From contig OZ024765.1 in NCBI GenBank assembly GCA_964016885.1, forward strand, positions 19,716,001 through 19,780,000: a stretch of 64,000 nucleotides of DNA. Reading direction: 5' to 3'. Below, in pieces: positions 40,105-52,719 of this stretch. A program made the translations under genes and the position numbers. The stretch is from Eledone cirrhosa (taxonomy: Eukaryota). How positions within the stretch are numbered: the stretch's first letter is position 1; every line of letters starts with the position of its first letter. Below the pieces are notes generated by a model, which was not told where the DNA came from, made no database searches, and saw only the letters and a list, made by a program, of their open reading frames with translations.

Positions 40105-41089
40105 CTCTTTTTCTACTATATCAAGCATTGGACTAATATATTTCTTCATTGTACTGTGTCATTTGCTTTTTTATTTCTGTTTACCTTTTACACACACACA
40201 CATACATACATACATATATACATACATACATATACATACATACATATATATATAGTAGAATAATCGAGTATCGAAAAATCGGCGCACGAGTTCACGATAA
40301 ACAAAATTCGAAATGAGCGGCAGAGGGCTCAATAATTCAGATAAATCAGAGCTATAACTATCGTTAAAATACCGTCACACATAGAACGTGTCTACAATCA
40401 ACCATACGACCGAAAAATTACGATCTGGAAGATTCGGGACACTCAGATAAAATATCAATAAATCAAATGAATGTAAAAAGCATACCCGGACCCGCTAGAA
40501 AGATGGTAAATCTAGATATATATATACATACATACATATACATATCTATATATATATATATATATATATATCCTAGTTTATGCGCATGTCTTTCTCTAAA
40601 TATATGTTTGTATCGCGAGAGAGAGATACAAACATATATATATATCATCATCATCATCATCAGTGTTTTACGTCCGTTCTTCCACGCTAGCATGGGTTAA
40701 ACAGGTTGTCCTGTTGTGGGCAGTGTCCGGTCGGCTGACCTTGTCTTGCTCATACAGGAACTGATTCTGGCTTGATTTCTACAGCTGGATGCCCTTCCCA
40801 ACACCAACCTCATTTACAGTGAGTGCTGGGTGATTTTTTTGCCGTGGCACCTCCATGTCCACTTTACAGTGAGTGCTGGGTGCTTTTTTGCCATGGCACC
40901 TCCACGACCACTTTGCAGTGGAATGATATGGACCCCAGTCCCTATCATCTCATTTCTACAGCTGAGTAAACTGGAGCAATGTGAAATAAAGTGTCTTGCT
41001 CAAGGAAACAACACATCACCCTCTCCAGGTCTGACTTCAGCAGATTTCTTCCAGAGAGAGAGATATAGAGTGAGAGAGAGATATAAAGG

Positions 41090-44000
41090 AAGAATCTACC
41101 CCAGTATTAGACTGGTACTTTATATATGGAGAGATAGAGTGAGAGAGAGGAAATAAGAAAGAGACATAGGGGAAGAATCTACCCCAGTATTAGACTGGTA
41201 CTTTATATATGGAGAGATAGAGTGAGAGAGAGGAAATGGGAAAGAGACATAGGGGAAGAATCTACCCCAGTATTAGACTGGTACTTTATATATATGGAGA
41301 GATAGAGTGAGAGAGAGGAAATGGGAAAGAGACATAGGGGAAGAATCTACCCCAGTATTAGACTGGTACTTTATATATATGGAGAGATAGAGTGAGAGAG
41401 AGGAAATGGGAAAGAGACATAGGGGAAGAATCTACCCCAGTATTAGACTGGTACTTTATATACATGGAGAGATAGATGAGAGAGAGGAAATAAGAAAGAG
41501 ACATAGGGGAAGAACCTACCCCAGTATTAGACTGGTACTTTATATACATGGAGAGATAGATGAGAGAGAGGAAATAAGAAAGAGACATAGGGGAAGAATC
41601 TACCCCAGTATTAGACTGGTACTTTATATACATGGAGAGATAGAGTGAGAGAGAGGAAATAAGAAAGAGACATAGGGGAAGAATCTACCCCAGTATTAGA
41701 CTGGTACTTTATATATATGGAGAGATAGAGTGAGAGAGAGGAAATAAGAAAGAGACATAGGGGAAGAATCTACCCCAGTATTAGACTGGTACTTTATATA
41801 CATGGAGAGATAGAGTGAGAGAGAGGAAATAAGAAAGAGACATAGGGGAAGAATCTACCCCAGTATTAGACTGGTACTTTATATACATGGAGAGATAGAG
41901 TGAGAGAGAGGAAATAAGAAAGAGACATAGGGGAAGAATCTACCCCAGTATTAGACTGGTACTTTATATACATGGAGAGATAGAGTGAGAGAGAGGAAAT
42001 AAGAAAGAGACATAGGGGAAGAATCTACCCCAGTATTAGACTGGTACTTTATATACATGGAGAGATAGATGAGAGAGAGGAAATAAGAAAGAGACATAGG
42101 GGAAGAATCTACCCCAGTATTAGACTGGTACTTTATATACATGGAGAGATAGAGTGAGAGAGAGGAAATAAGAAAGAGACATAGGGGAAGAATCTACCCC
42201 AGTATTAGACTGGTACTTTATATACATGGAGAGATAGAGTGAGAGAGAGGAAATAAGAAAGAGACATAGGGGAAGAACCTACCCCAGTATTAGACTGGTA
42301 CTTTATATACATCGAGAGATAGATGAGAGAGAGGAAATAAGAAAGAGACATAGGGGAAGAATCTACCCCAGTATTAGACTGGTACTTTATATACATGGAG
42401 AGATAGAGTGAGAGAGAGGAAATAAGAAAGAGACATAGGGGAAGAATCTACCCCAGTATTAGACTGGTACTTTATATACATGGAGAGATAGAGTGAGAGA
42501 GAGGAAATAAGAAAGAGACATAGGGGAAGAATCTACCCCAGTATTAGACTGGTACTTTATATACATGGAGAGATAGAGTGAGAGAGAGGAAATAAGAAAG
42601 AGACATAGGGGAAGAATCTACCCCAGTATTAGACTGGTACTTTATATACATGGAGAGATAGAGTGAGAGAGAGGAAATAAGAAAGAGACATAGGGGAAGA
42701 ATCTACCCCAGTATTAGACTGGTACTTTATATACATGGAGAGATAGAGTGAGAGAGAGGAAATAAGAAAGAGACATAGGGGAAGAATCTACCCCAGTATT
42801 AGACTGGTACTTTATATACATGGAGAGATAGAGTGAGAGAGAGGAAATAAGAAAGAGACATAGGGGAAGAATCTACCCCAGTATTAGACTGGTACTTTAT
42901 ATACATGGAGAGATAGAGTGAGAGAGAGGAAATAAGAAAGAGACATAGGGGAAGAATCTACCCCAGTATTAGACTGGTACTTTATATACATGGAGAGATA
43001 GAGTGAGAGAGAGGAAATAAGAAAGAGACATAGGGGAAGAATCTACCCCAGTATTAGACTGGTACTTTATATACATGGAGAGATAGAGTGAGAGAGAGGA
43101 AATAAGAAAGAGACATAGGGGAAGAATCTACCCCAGTATTAGACTGGTACTTTATATACATGGAGAGATAGAGTGAGAGAGAGGAAATAAGAAAGAGACA
43201 TAGGGGAAGAATCTACCCCAGTATTAGACTGGTACTTTATATACATGGAGAGATAGAGTGAGAGAGAGGAAATAAGAAAGAGACATAGGGGAAGAATCTA
43301 CCCCAGTATTAGACTGGTACTTTATATACATGGAGAGATAGAGTGAGAGAGAGGAAATAAGAAAGAGACATAGGGGAAGAATCTACCCCAGTATTAGACT
43401 GGTACTTTATATACATGGAGAGATAGAGTGAGAGAGAGGAAATAAGAAAGAGACATAGGGGAAGAATCTACCCCAGTATTAGACTGGTACTTTATATACA
43501 TGGAGAGATAGAGTGAGAGAGAGGAAATAAGAAAGAGACATAGGGGAAGAATCTACCCCAGTATTAGACTGGTACTTTATATACATGGAGAGATAGAGTG
43601 AGAGAGAGGAAATAAGAAAGAGACATAGGGGAAGAATCTACCCCAGTATTAGACTGGTACTTTATATACATGGAGAGATAGAGTGAGAGAGAGGAAATAA
43701 GAAAGAGACATAGGGGAAGAATCTACCCCAGTATTAGACTGGTACTTTATATACATGGAGAGATAGAGTGAGAGAGAGGAAATAAGAAAGAGACATAGGG
43801 GAAGAATCTACCCCAGTATTAGACTGGTACTTTATATACATGGAGAGATAGAGTGAGAGAGAGGAAATAAGAAAGAGACATAGGGGAAGAACCTACCCCA
43901 GTATTAGACTGGTACTTTATATACATGGAGAGATAGATGAGAGAGAGGAAATAAGAAAGAGACATAGGGGAAGAATCTACCCCAGTATTAGACTGGTACT

Positions 44001-45056
44001 TTATATACATGGATAGAGTGAGAGAGAGGAAATAAGAAAGAGACATAGGGGAAGAATCTACCCCAGTATTAGACTGGTACTTTATATATATGGAGAGATA
44101 GAGTGAGAGAGAGGAAATAAGAAAGAGACATAGGGGAAGAATCTACCCCAGTATTAGACTGGTACTTTATATACATGGAGAGATAGAGTGAGAGAGAGGA
44201 AATAAGAAAGAGACATAGGGGAAGAATCTACCCCAGTATTAGACTGGTACTTTATATACATGGAGAGATAGAGTGAGAGAGAGGAAATAAGAAAGAGACA
44301 TAGGGGAAGAATCTACCCCAGTATTAGACTGGTACTTTATATACATGGAGAGATAGAGTGAGAGAGAGGAAATAAGAAAGAGACATAGGGGAAGAATCTA
44401 CCCCAGTATTAGACTGGTACTTTATATATATGGAGAGATAGAGTGAGAGAGAGGAAATGGGAAAGAGACATAGGGGAAGAATCTACCCCAGTATTAGACT
44501 GGTACTTTATATACATGGAGAGATAGATGAGAGAGAGGAAATAAGAAAGAGACATAGGGGAAGAATCTACCCCAGTATTAGACTGGTACTTTATATACAT
44601 GGAGAGATAGAGTGAGAGAGAGGAAATAAGAAAGAGACATAGGGGAAGAATCTACCCCAGTATTAGACTGGTACTTTATATACATGGAGAGATAGAGTGA
44701 GAGAGAGGAAATAAGAAAGAGACATAGGGGAAGAATCTACCCCAGTATTAGACTGGTACTTTATATACATGGAGAGATAGAGTGAGAGAGAGGAAATAAG
44801 AAAGAGACATAGGGGAAGAATCTACCCCAGTATTAGACTGGTACGATATCTACATGGAGAGATAGATGAGAGAGAGGAAATAAGAAAGAGACATAGGGGA
44901 AGAATCTACCCCAGTATTAGACTGGTACTTTATATACATGGAGAGATAGATGAGAGAGAGGAAATAAGAAAGAGACATAGGGGAAGAATCTACCCCAGTA
45001 TTAGACTGGTACTTTTTATTATCGACCTCGAAAGGATGAAAGTCAAAGATGACCTC
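41090..45056. repeat. 85-bp satellite, about 46 copies, ending in a SINE-B-like remnant
   Basis: Unit GAATCTACCCCAGTATTAGACTGGTACTTTATATACATGGAGAGATAGAGTGAGAGAGAGGAAATAAGAAAGAGACATAGGGGAA. The last unit continues into TTATCGACCTCGAAAGGATGAAAG. Confidence 0.96.
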
Positions 45057-45209
45057 GAATTCATTCACCTACTTTTCAAAAATGTCTTTCTCATGTGGCT
45101 TCATGTGGTAGAGGACGTTAAGAGTCATACAGACATATCACAAGACATGATAACATAGCTAGGTTAAGTTCAATGGAATAGAATTCCTGTCAATGAATTA
45201 TGTCAATGA

Positions 45210-45474
45210 TGGTGGTGGTGGTGGTGGTGTTGTTGTTGGTCGTGGTGTTGTTGTTGTTGTTGTTGTTGGTCGTGGTGTTGGTGGTGGTGGTGGTGGTGTT
45301 GTTGTTGTTGTGGTGTTGTTGTTGGTCGTGGTGTTGGTGGTGGTGGTGTTGTTGGTGGTGGTGGTGGTGTTGTTGTTGGTGGTGGTGGTGGTGGTGGTGG
45401 TGGTGGTGGTGGTGGTGGTGTTGTTGGTCTTGGTAGTGGTGGTGGTGGTGGTGGTGGTGGTGGTGGTGGTGGTG

Positions 45475-45506
<32 letters not shown>

Positions 45507-46068
45507 GGTGGTGGTGGTGGTGGTGTTGGTGGTGGTGGTGTTGTTGGTGGTGGTGTTGTTGGTGGTGGTGGTGGTGTTGTTGTTGGTGGTGGTGGTGGTG
45601 GTGGTGGTGGTGGTGGTGTTGTTGGTGGTGGTGTTGTTGGTCTTGGTGTTGGTGGTGGTGGTGGTGGTGGTGGTGGTGTTGTTGTTGGTCGTGGTGTTGG
45701 TGTTGGTGGTGGTGGTGTTGTTGTTGTTAGTGGTGGTGGTGTTGTTGGTGGTGGTGGTGGTGTTGTTGTTGTTGGTGGTGGTGGTGGTGGTGGTGTTGGT
45801 GGTGGTGGTGTTGTTGTTGTTGGTGGTGGTGGTGGTGTTGTTGTTGGTGGTGGTGGTGGTGGTGGTGGTGGTGTTGTTGTTGGTGGTGGTGGTGTTGTTG
45901 TTGGTGGTGGTGGTGTTGGTGGTGGTGGTGTTGTTGTTGTTGGTGGTGGTGGTGTTGTTGTTGGTGGTGGTGGTGGTGTTGTTGGTGGTGGTGGTGGTGG
46001 TGGTGTTGTTGTTGTTGGTGGTGGTGGTGGTGGTGGTGGTGGTGTTGTTGTTGGTGGTGGTGGTGGTG
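45210..46068. repeat. (GGT/GTT)n compound array
   Basis: Visible periodicity. Confidence 0.95.
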
Positions 46069-46264
46069 TGCTGGGCCACACATATATATAAATAGGTAAT
46101 AGACACCACATCATATTTCAAGTCAATATTATCATTAACACCACCGCAGGCGTGTGTGTGCGTATATATATATATATACATACACACACACATACACATA
46201 CATATACATATTAATATATACACATATATATATATATATATACATACATATATATATATACATA

Positions 46265-46820
46265 TAAAATATTAAAAAAATAATGAATAAAACAATGAAA
46301 CAGTTCCTTATATTAAACAAAAAAAGTTCATTATTTAACGATCGTTTCTGGGATATATATGTGTTAGAATTGGCATGTATATTTAACAGATCTATGTACA
46401 AAATTATACAAAATTATACAAACTAACAAATATAATATACATACCAACACATATATATGCCGTCTTCAGAAATAAATTATTTCTGAAGACGGCATATATA
46501 TGTGTTGGTATGTATATTATATTTGATAGTTTGTATAATTTTGTATAATTTTGTACATAGATCTGTTAAATATACATGCCAATTCTAACACATATATATC
46601 CCAGAAACGATCGTTAAATAATGAACTTTTTTTGTTTAATATAAGGAACTGTTTCATTGTTTTATTCATTATTTTTTAAATATTTTATCTTGACTCTGTA
46701 TTCCGTTTATCTTTCACCGAAAGTGATTTTTCATTGCATCTCTTCTTTCCATGATATCCGGATTACATTGAGTTCTTCATACGGATTGGACACTACCGTA
46801 AACTCTTGGTAGATTTATCT
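46265..46820 (+). mobile_element. Penelope-like cassette: near-perfect palindrome of about 420 bp carrying two large hammerheads
   Basis: Arms 46265-46475 and 46477-46688. HHR at 46476-46622 (+): ATTATTT-CTGAAGA-(114 nt)-GAA-ACGATCGT-T-AAATAAT. Confidence 0.88.
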
Positions 46821-46822
46821 AC

Positions 46823-46854
<32 letters not shown>

Positions 46855-47311
46855 GGAGGCACATGGCTTAGTAGTTAGAGCATTGGCCTTGCAATCGAAA
46901 GGTTGTGAGTTCAATTCTCAGACCGGGTGATGTGTTGTTTCCTTGAGCAAGACACTTTATTTCACATTGCTCCAGTTTACTCAGCTGTAGAAATGAGATG
47001 ATAGGGACTGGGGTCCATATCATTCCACTGCAAAGTGGTCGTGGAGGTGCCACGCCAAAAAAGCACCCAGCACTCACTGTAAATGAGGTTGGTGTTAGGA
47101 AGGGCATCCAGCTGTAGAAATCAAGCCAGAATCAGTTCCCATCCCACCCTTGCAAGCAGAGAAAAAGCGGACGTAAAATGATGATGATGATGATGATGTA
47201 TAAATATATATATTTATATATACTAACATATACATACATGCATATTTATGTTTTATATGTACATATGTGTTTGTGTATATATACACACATTCATATATGT
47301 ACATACATACT

Positions 47312-47422
<111 letters not shown>

Positions 47423-47545
47423 CCCACAACAGGACAACCCGACTAACCCATGCTTGCGTGGAAGAACGGACGTAAAACGGTGATGATGATAATGATGATA
47501 TACATGTATATATATATACACATACATATATATATATATATATAT

Positions 47546-47576
<31 letters not shown>

Positions 47577-47899
47577 CACACATACATATATATATATATA
47601 TACACATATATATACACACATACATATATATATATACACATATATATATATCATTGACCCACATTTTGATTGGAGGTGAGTCTGTTCCACATGGATACCC
47701 TCCACCCACAAACAACACTGCAGGGATTCGAACTTCTGACAGTAGGGTAACTGTCACCTCCATCAGAAGTCAATGGTGGGTGAAAGGGCTGTGTAACCTG
47801 ATTCCTTTTGTTGGTAAACCTTTAAGTAATTGATACAACCATACTTGTCTGACCTATAAACCCTTTTTTTTTTCATAAATAATCATATATGCACACTTA

Positions 47900-47964
<65 letters not shown>

Positions 47965-47965
47965 T

Positions 47966-48022
<57 letters not shown>

Positions 48023-48101
48023 TTATGTGTGTATATATATATATATATATACACACACTTATGTGTGTGTATATATATATATATATATATACACACACTT
48101 A

Positions 48102-48144
<43 letters not shown>

Positions 48145-48172
48145 TTATGTGTGTATATATATATATATATAT

Positions 48173-48848
48173 AGCATAAATGAACTAAGGGAGAAATTAG
48201 GAATAAGAGGGATTAGATGCTGTTTACTCAAGAGAAGACTACGTTGGTATGGTCACGTGATGCGCATGAAAGACGACAGCTGCATAAAAAAGTGCAGGGC
48301 GATAAAAATAGACGGTAGCTACGGAGTAGGCAGAGCCAGAAAAACCTGGGACGACTTGATAAATTCCGACCTCACACACTTACACCTCTCCAAGACAATG
48401 TCACTGGACCGAGATCTTTGGCGCTACACAGTAATACAGAAGACCCGCCTTGCCTAAGTACAAAGCGAAACCTACAATCAGTAGGCACCTCTAACAAAAA
48501 TACACCCCTGTCCCACTACCCCCACCCCACCCACACCAACTCCTTCAATGTGAAGTTATGTTGGTACCACAACATCCAGTCCGAAACAAATGAGGTCGTG
48601 TAGGTGTCACGACAAAAAAACACACAGTCCACGCTGTAATGTGGCCGTGTAGGTGACACGGTAAAAACCTCCCAGTCCACACTGTAAACGTGGTTGGTGT
48701 TAGGAAGGGCATCCAGCCATAGAAAACCCGCCAGACAGTCCTATACGAGCAAGACAACCACTCTTGCCTCAAGTGGGAAAACTCCCGCCCAAACCCATGC
48801 AAGCGTGGAAGATGGACGTTAAACGATGATGATGATGATGATGATGAT
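48173..48848 (+). mobile_element. RTE family A 3' end
   Basis: Encodes [28 protein letters not shown]; (GAT)n tail. Confidence 0.92.
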
Positions 48849-49221
48849 ATATATATATATATATAACGTGACAGCGATGAATTTGTTTTGCGAGGTTTTT
48901 GATATGAAATCCTGTGTTGAAACAAATATTGTTATACTTGGGGAGGGTCATATTGTAATAATATTGCCAGAAATAATAACACACTCACTGTTTGGTTGGT
49001 TTTCGCTTCTGTATCTTTTAAATCAATTAATTTAATTTATTCAGTCCTCAATGTTTACCATTGACTGACCAACGGTAAAAAATACAGATATAATATAGAT
49101 ATAAACACATATATATAGTCTAACAAAGTTCTTTCGTTGCACATCTGCAACATCATCAGTGGTACTATTATGTTCCTACACTGTTGTATTGTATATCTAC
49201 GCCCTCTTTCATATATATATA

Positions 49222-49694
49222 TATAATAAAGATGAAATAAAGATGGTTATAAGAGTTCCATATATTTTATTATACGTATTTCGAATACAAAATCATCCTG
49301 GGACAGATGTTGTGTTCTCTTCAGATAAAAATATGGTACAATGATATGAGGTATAATAGCACTTGTTTATAGGAAAGTGCTAAGTCTACACTTTCCTATA
49401 AACAAACGTTGACTTTGCCTTTCATCCTTACGGGGTCGATAAAATAAAGTACCAGTAATGTACTGTGTAATTGCTGGCCTTGTACCTAAAGTAGAAACAA
49501 TTATTTTTTATATGAAGAGAACACATCTGTCCCAGGATGATTTTGTATTTGAAATACGTATAATAAAATATATGTAACTCTTATAACCATCTTTATTTCA
49601 TCTTTATTATATATACTCCAGTTCTACCAACTGTTGAGTGCTACTTATCTGATATATGCATAGTTTTATTGTTCTACAATATTACTCACCTTCT
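49222..49694. mobile_element. Penelope-like inverted cassette with HHR at 49265-49330 (-) and a SINE-B fragment in the spacer
   Basis: TTTTAT-CTGAAGA-GAACACAA..TTGTATTC-GAA-ATACGTAT-A-ATAAAA. The plus-strand arm (49505-49570) has a core C>A change. Confidence 0.8.
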
Positions 49695-50031
49695 ATATAT
49701 ATATATATATATGTAGAAGTTATATTTAATTTGTTGGGATTCCAACAAACTTAAATGTTTATAAGTAATATAGAGCACTCAACAGATTACTGGAGTAAAT
49801 ATTCAATATATTAATAAATAGAAACTATATTTATAAAACCATAATTATTTTATTATATATATTTCAAGGTTCGACGGACACGTCTAATGATTTCGGAGCA
49901 CATTCTCTCACAGTGAGAGAATGTGCTCCGAAATCATTAGACGTGTCCGTTGAACCTGCGGGTCCAGAATCAGACAGATCCACACAATGATCACGTCTCG
50001 AGCTGTCTGCCGGCGAAACAATTGTAACACA

Positions 50032-50359
50032 CAATAGTAATACAGAGTACCCGACCTCCCATGGGTACAAGCTGAAGCATATAGACAATATGCCCCCACA
50101 CCCCCCACCGCAAGGTGGTCGTGGAGGTGCCACGGCAAAAAAGCACCCAGCCCACACTGTAAAGTGGACGTGTAGACGCCACGGAAAAGCACCCAGCACT
50201 CACTGTAAATGAGGTTGGTGTTAGGAAGGGCATCCAGCTGTAGAAATCAAGCCAGAATCAGTTCCTGTATGAACAAGGCATGGTCAGCCGACCAGACACT
50301 GCCCACAACAGGACAACCCGTCTAACCCATGCTAGCGTGGAAGAACGGATGTAAAACGG

Positions 50360-50392
<33 letters not shown>
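50032..50392 (+). mobile_element. RTE family C 3' UTR
   Basis: Homologous to 15735-16042; (GAT)n tail. Confidence 0.8.
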
Positions 50393-50393
<1 letters not shown>

Positions 50394-50870
50394 TAAATTG
50401 AGTTCAGATGAATCACTGAGTTTTCGTTTTATATTATATCATACTCTTCTCTGTAAGAGCATAGAGTGCTCAACTGGCATACCGCCTATGGAAGCATCTT
50501 AGCAACCATCAGACACATATCATCATCATCATCATCATCGTTTAACGTCCATTTTCCACGCTTGCATGGGTTTGGACGGGAGTTTTCCCACTTGAGGCAA
50601 GAGTGGTTGTCTTGCTCGCATAGGACTGTCTGGCGGGTTTTCTACGGCTGGATGCCCTTCCTAACACCAACCACATTTATATTTATATATATATAAATAT
50701 GTTTATGCACACACACACACATACATATATACTCTTTTACTCTTTTACAGGTTCTTTTACAGGTTGAGGCCATGCTGGGGCACTGATAGATAAGATGTTA
50801 CTAATGCCACACTACTAATTAATTAATCATTTAAATCGAGACAAACTATATATACACATATATATATATT

Positions 50871-50931
<61 letters not shown>

Positions 50932-51299
50932 ATATTATAAGTTATTCCGGGTTGAATCGGAGGTAACCACAGTAAGTAAGGTACTCAATATATAGCAAGT
51001 ATAAAAGTTTTAATATAGAAGAGCTTCTACAGGACTAGCACTGTTTCATTCGTGGGAAATCATCATTGGTGGATTGGCAGTATCGGTAGAGGGTCGGACG
51101 CCATGCTTTCCAGCATAGTTACGTTCCTTTGCGGTCTGAGTTCAAATCCCGCCGAGGTTAACTTTGCCTTTCATCCTTACAGGGTCGATAAAATAAAGTA
51201 CCAGTAATGCACTGGGTAATTGCTGGCCTTGTGCCAAAAGTAGAAACAATTATATATATTATATATATATACATATGAATAAAATTAGTCCTTCATCAG

Positions 51300-51330
<31 letters not shown>

Positions 51331-51447
51331 TCATATGATTCCAGTTCCTCAGAGAAATAACCCCAACCAGGAGCTGGACATATCAGAGTATTGACGGAGT
51401 AAAACACTTTAACAACATGTGAACCTGTCTCTACCACACCAATTCGG

Positions 51448-51502
51448 ACTTCCTGAAGAGGTGACAGCGAATGATGGCTGTCACCGAAATATATATAGCA
51501 GT
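51448..51502 (+). ncRNA. Type I hammerhead motif
   Basis: ACTTC-CTGAAGA-GGTGACAGC..GCTGTCACC-GAA-ATATATAT-A-GCAGT. The cassette 51330-51555 is homologous to 21335-21555. Confidence 0.82.
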
Positions 51503-51577
51503 ATATCTTTAATAAACGAAGCCAAATTTTAAATATTTGACTTAATTATTTTATTTTATATATATATATATATATAT

Positions 51578-52035
51578 ACCTCTCCAAGACAATGTCACTG
51601 GACCGAGAGCTTTGGCGCTACACAGTAATAGAGAAGACCCACCTTACCTAAGTACAAAGTGAAACCTACTACAGTCAGTAGGCACCTCTAACAAAATACA
51701 CCCCCGTCCCACTACCCACACCCCATCCACACCACCCCTTTCAATGTAAAGTTATGTTGGTGCCACAACATCCAGCCCGAAACAAATGAGGTCGTGTAGG
51801 TGTCACGACAAAAAAACACACAGTCCACGCTGTAATGTGGCCGTGTAGGCAACACGGTAAAACCTCCCAGTCCACACTGTAAACGTGGTTGGTGTTAGGA
51901 AGGGCATCCAGCCGTAGAAAACCCGCCAGACAGTCCTATGCGAGCAAGACAACCAATCTTGCCTCAAGTGGGAAAACTCCCGTCCAAACCCATGCAAGCG
52001 TGGAATATGGACGTTAAACGATGATTATGATGATG

Positions 52036-52036
<1 letters not shown>
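51578..52036 (+). mobile_element. RTE family A 3' end
   Basis: Homologous to 14893-15336. Confidence 0.88.
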
Positions 52037-52101
<65 letters not shown>

Positions 52102-52102
<1 letters not shown>

Positions 52103-52700
52103 GGGCGGGTAAAATTCCTGAGTCCATGGATGAGTTCTCTCCAGCGGTCTCTGTCCCTCATTATCGCTGCCTTAGGGCATCAACATATGTTAACCTCGGT
52201 CTTCCTCTTCCAGTGTGTCCATGCAGGGACTCCCACAGGAGCACTGAGTGCAGTGTCAACTCTGGTGGTTCTTTCCTCAGACACTCTAACCACATGTCCA
52301 AAGTATCGGAGCTGTGATCCGATACTTTGGAGAAGTAGCGGCTCTACCTGGAGTGACTCTCTGATCTCTGAGCTACGAACTTAACCAAGTAACATTACTC
52401 CAAAGACCCTTTGGAGGAACCCCTTCCTGCTGCTTGTATTGGCAATCATATTTTTCTGGTCATTACCCAAGATTTTAAGGAGGTCAGTTGTACAGGGTCG
52501 GAGGACACCTGAGGTCTCGATTGTGACTGACCGGTGCAAAGAGGAAGTCATCGGACAAGACCCAGTATTTGCTTATCTTCCTGTCAACTGCATTGTGGGT
52601 GACAGTACTAGGATGTATGGCCAAAATAACCAGGTTGGAAGCGGAGAGCATGACCCAGCATATCACATCCCAGATAAGGGATTTACCTCCCCCAATGGGA
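52102..52700 (-). mobile_element. Decayed non-LTR (RTE-like) retrotransposon 3' fragment
   Basis: Minus-strand peptides LWESLHGHTGRGRPRLTYVD and MRDRDRWRELI; ends in (TA)n. Confidence 0.65.
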
Positions 52701-52719
52701 AGAGGGTAACTCTAGAAAA

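Noticed and set aside
41090-45056. CRISPR-like regular arrays (also 3143-3830, 5030-6650, 37773-38173 and 62515-64000)
   Set aside because: The units are repeated in full without unique spacers, there are no cas genes, and each unit traces to an adjacent transposable element.
45075-45186. Minus-strand exon candidate with TGACAG acceptor and GTAGGT donor
   Set aside because: All three frames from the acceptor contain stops; at most a UTR or start-containing exon, and unsupported.
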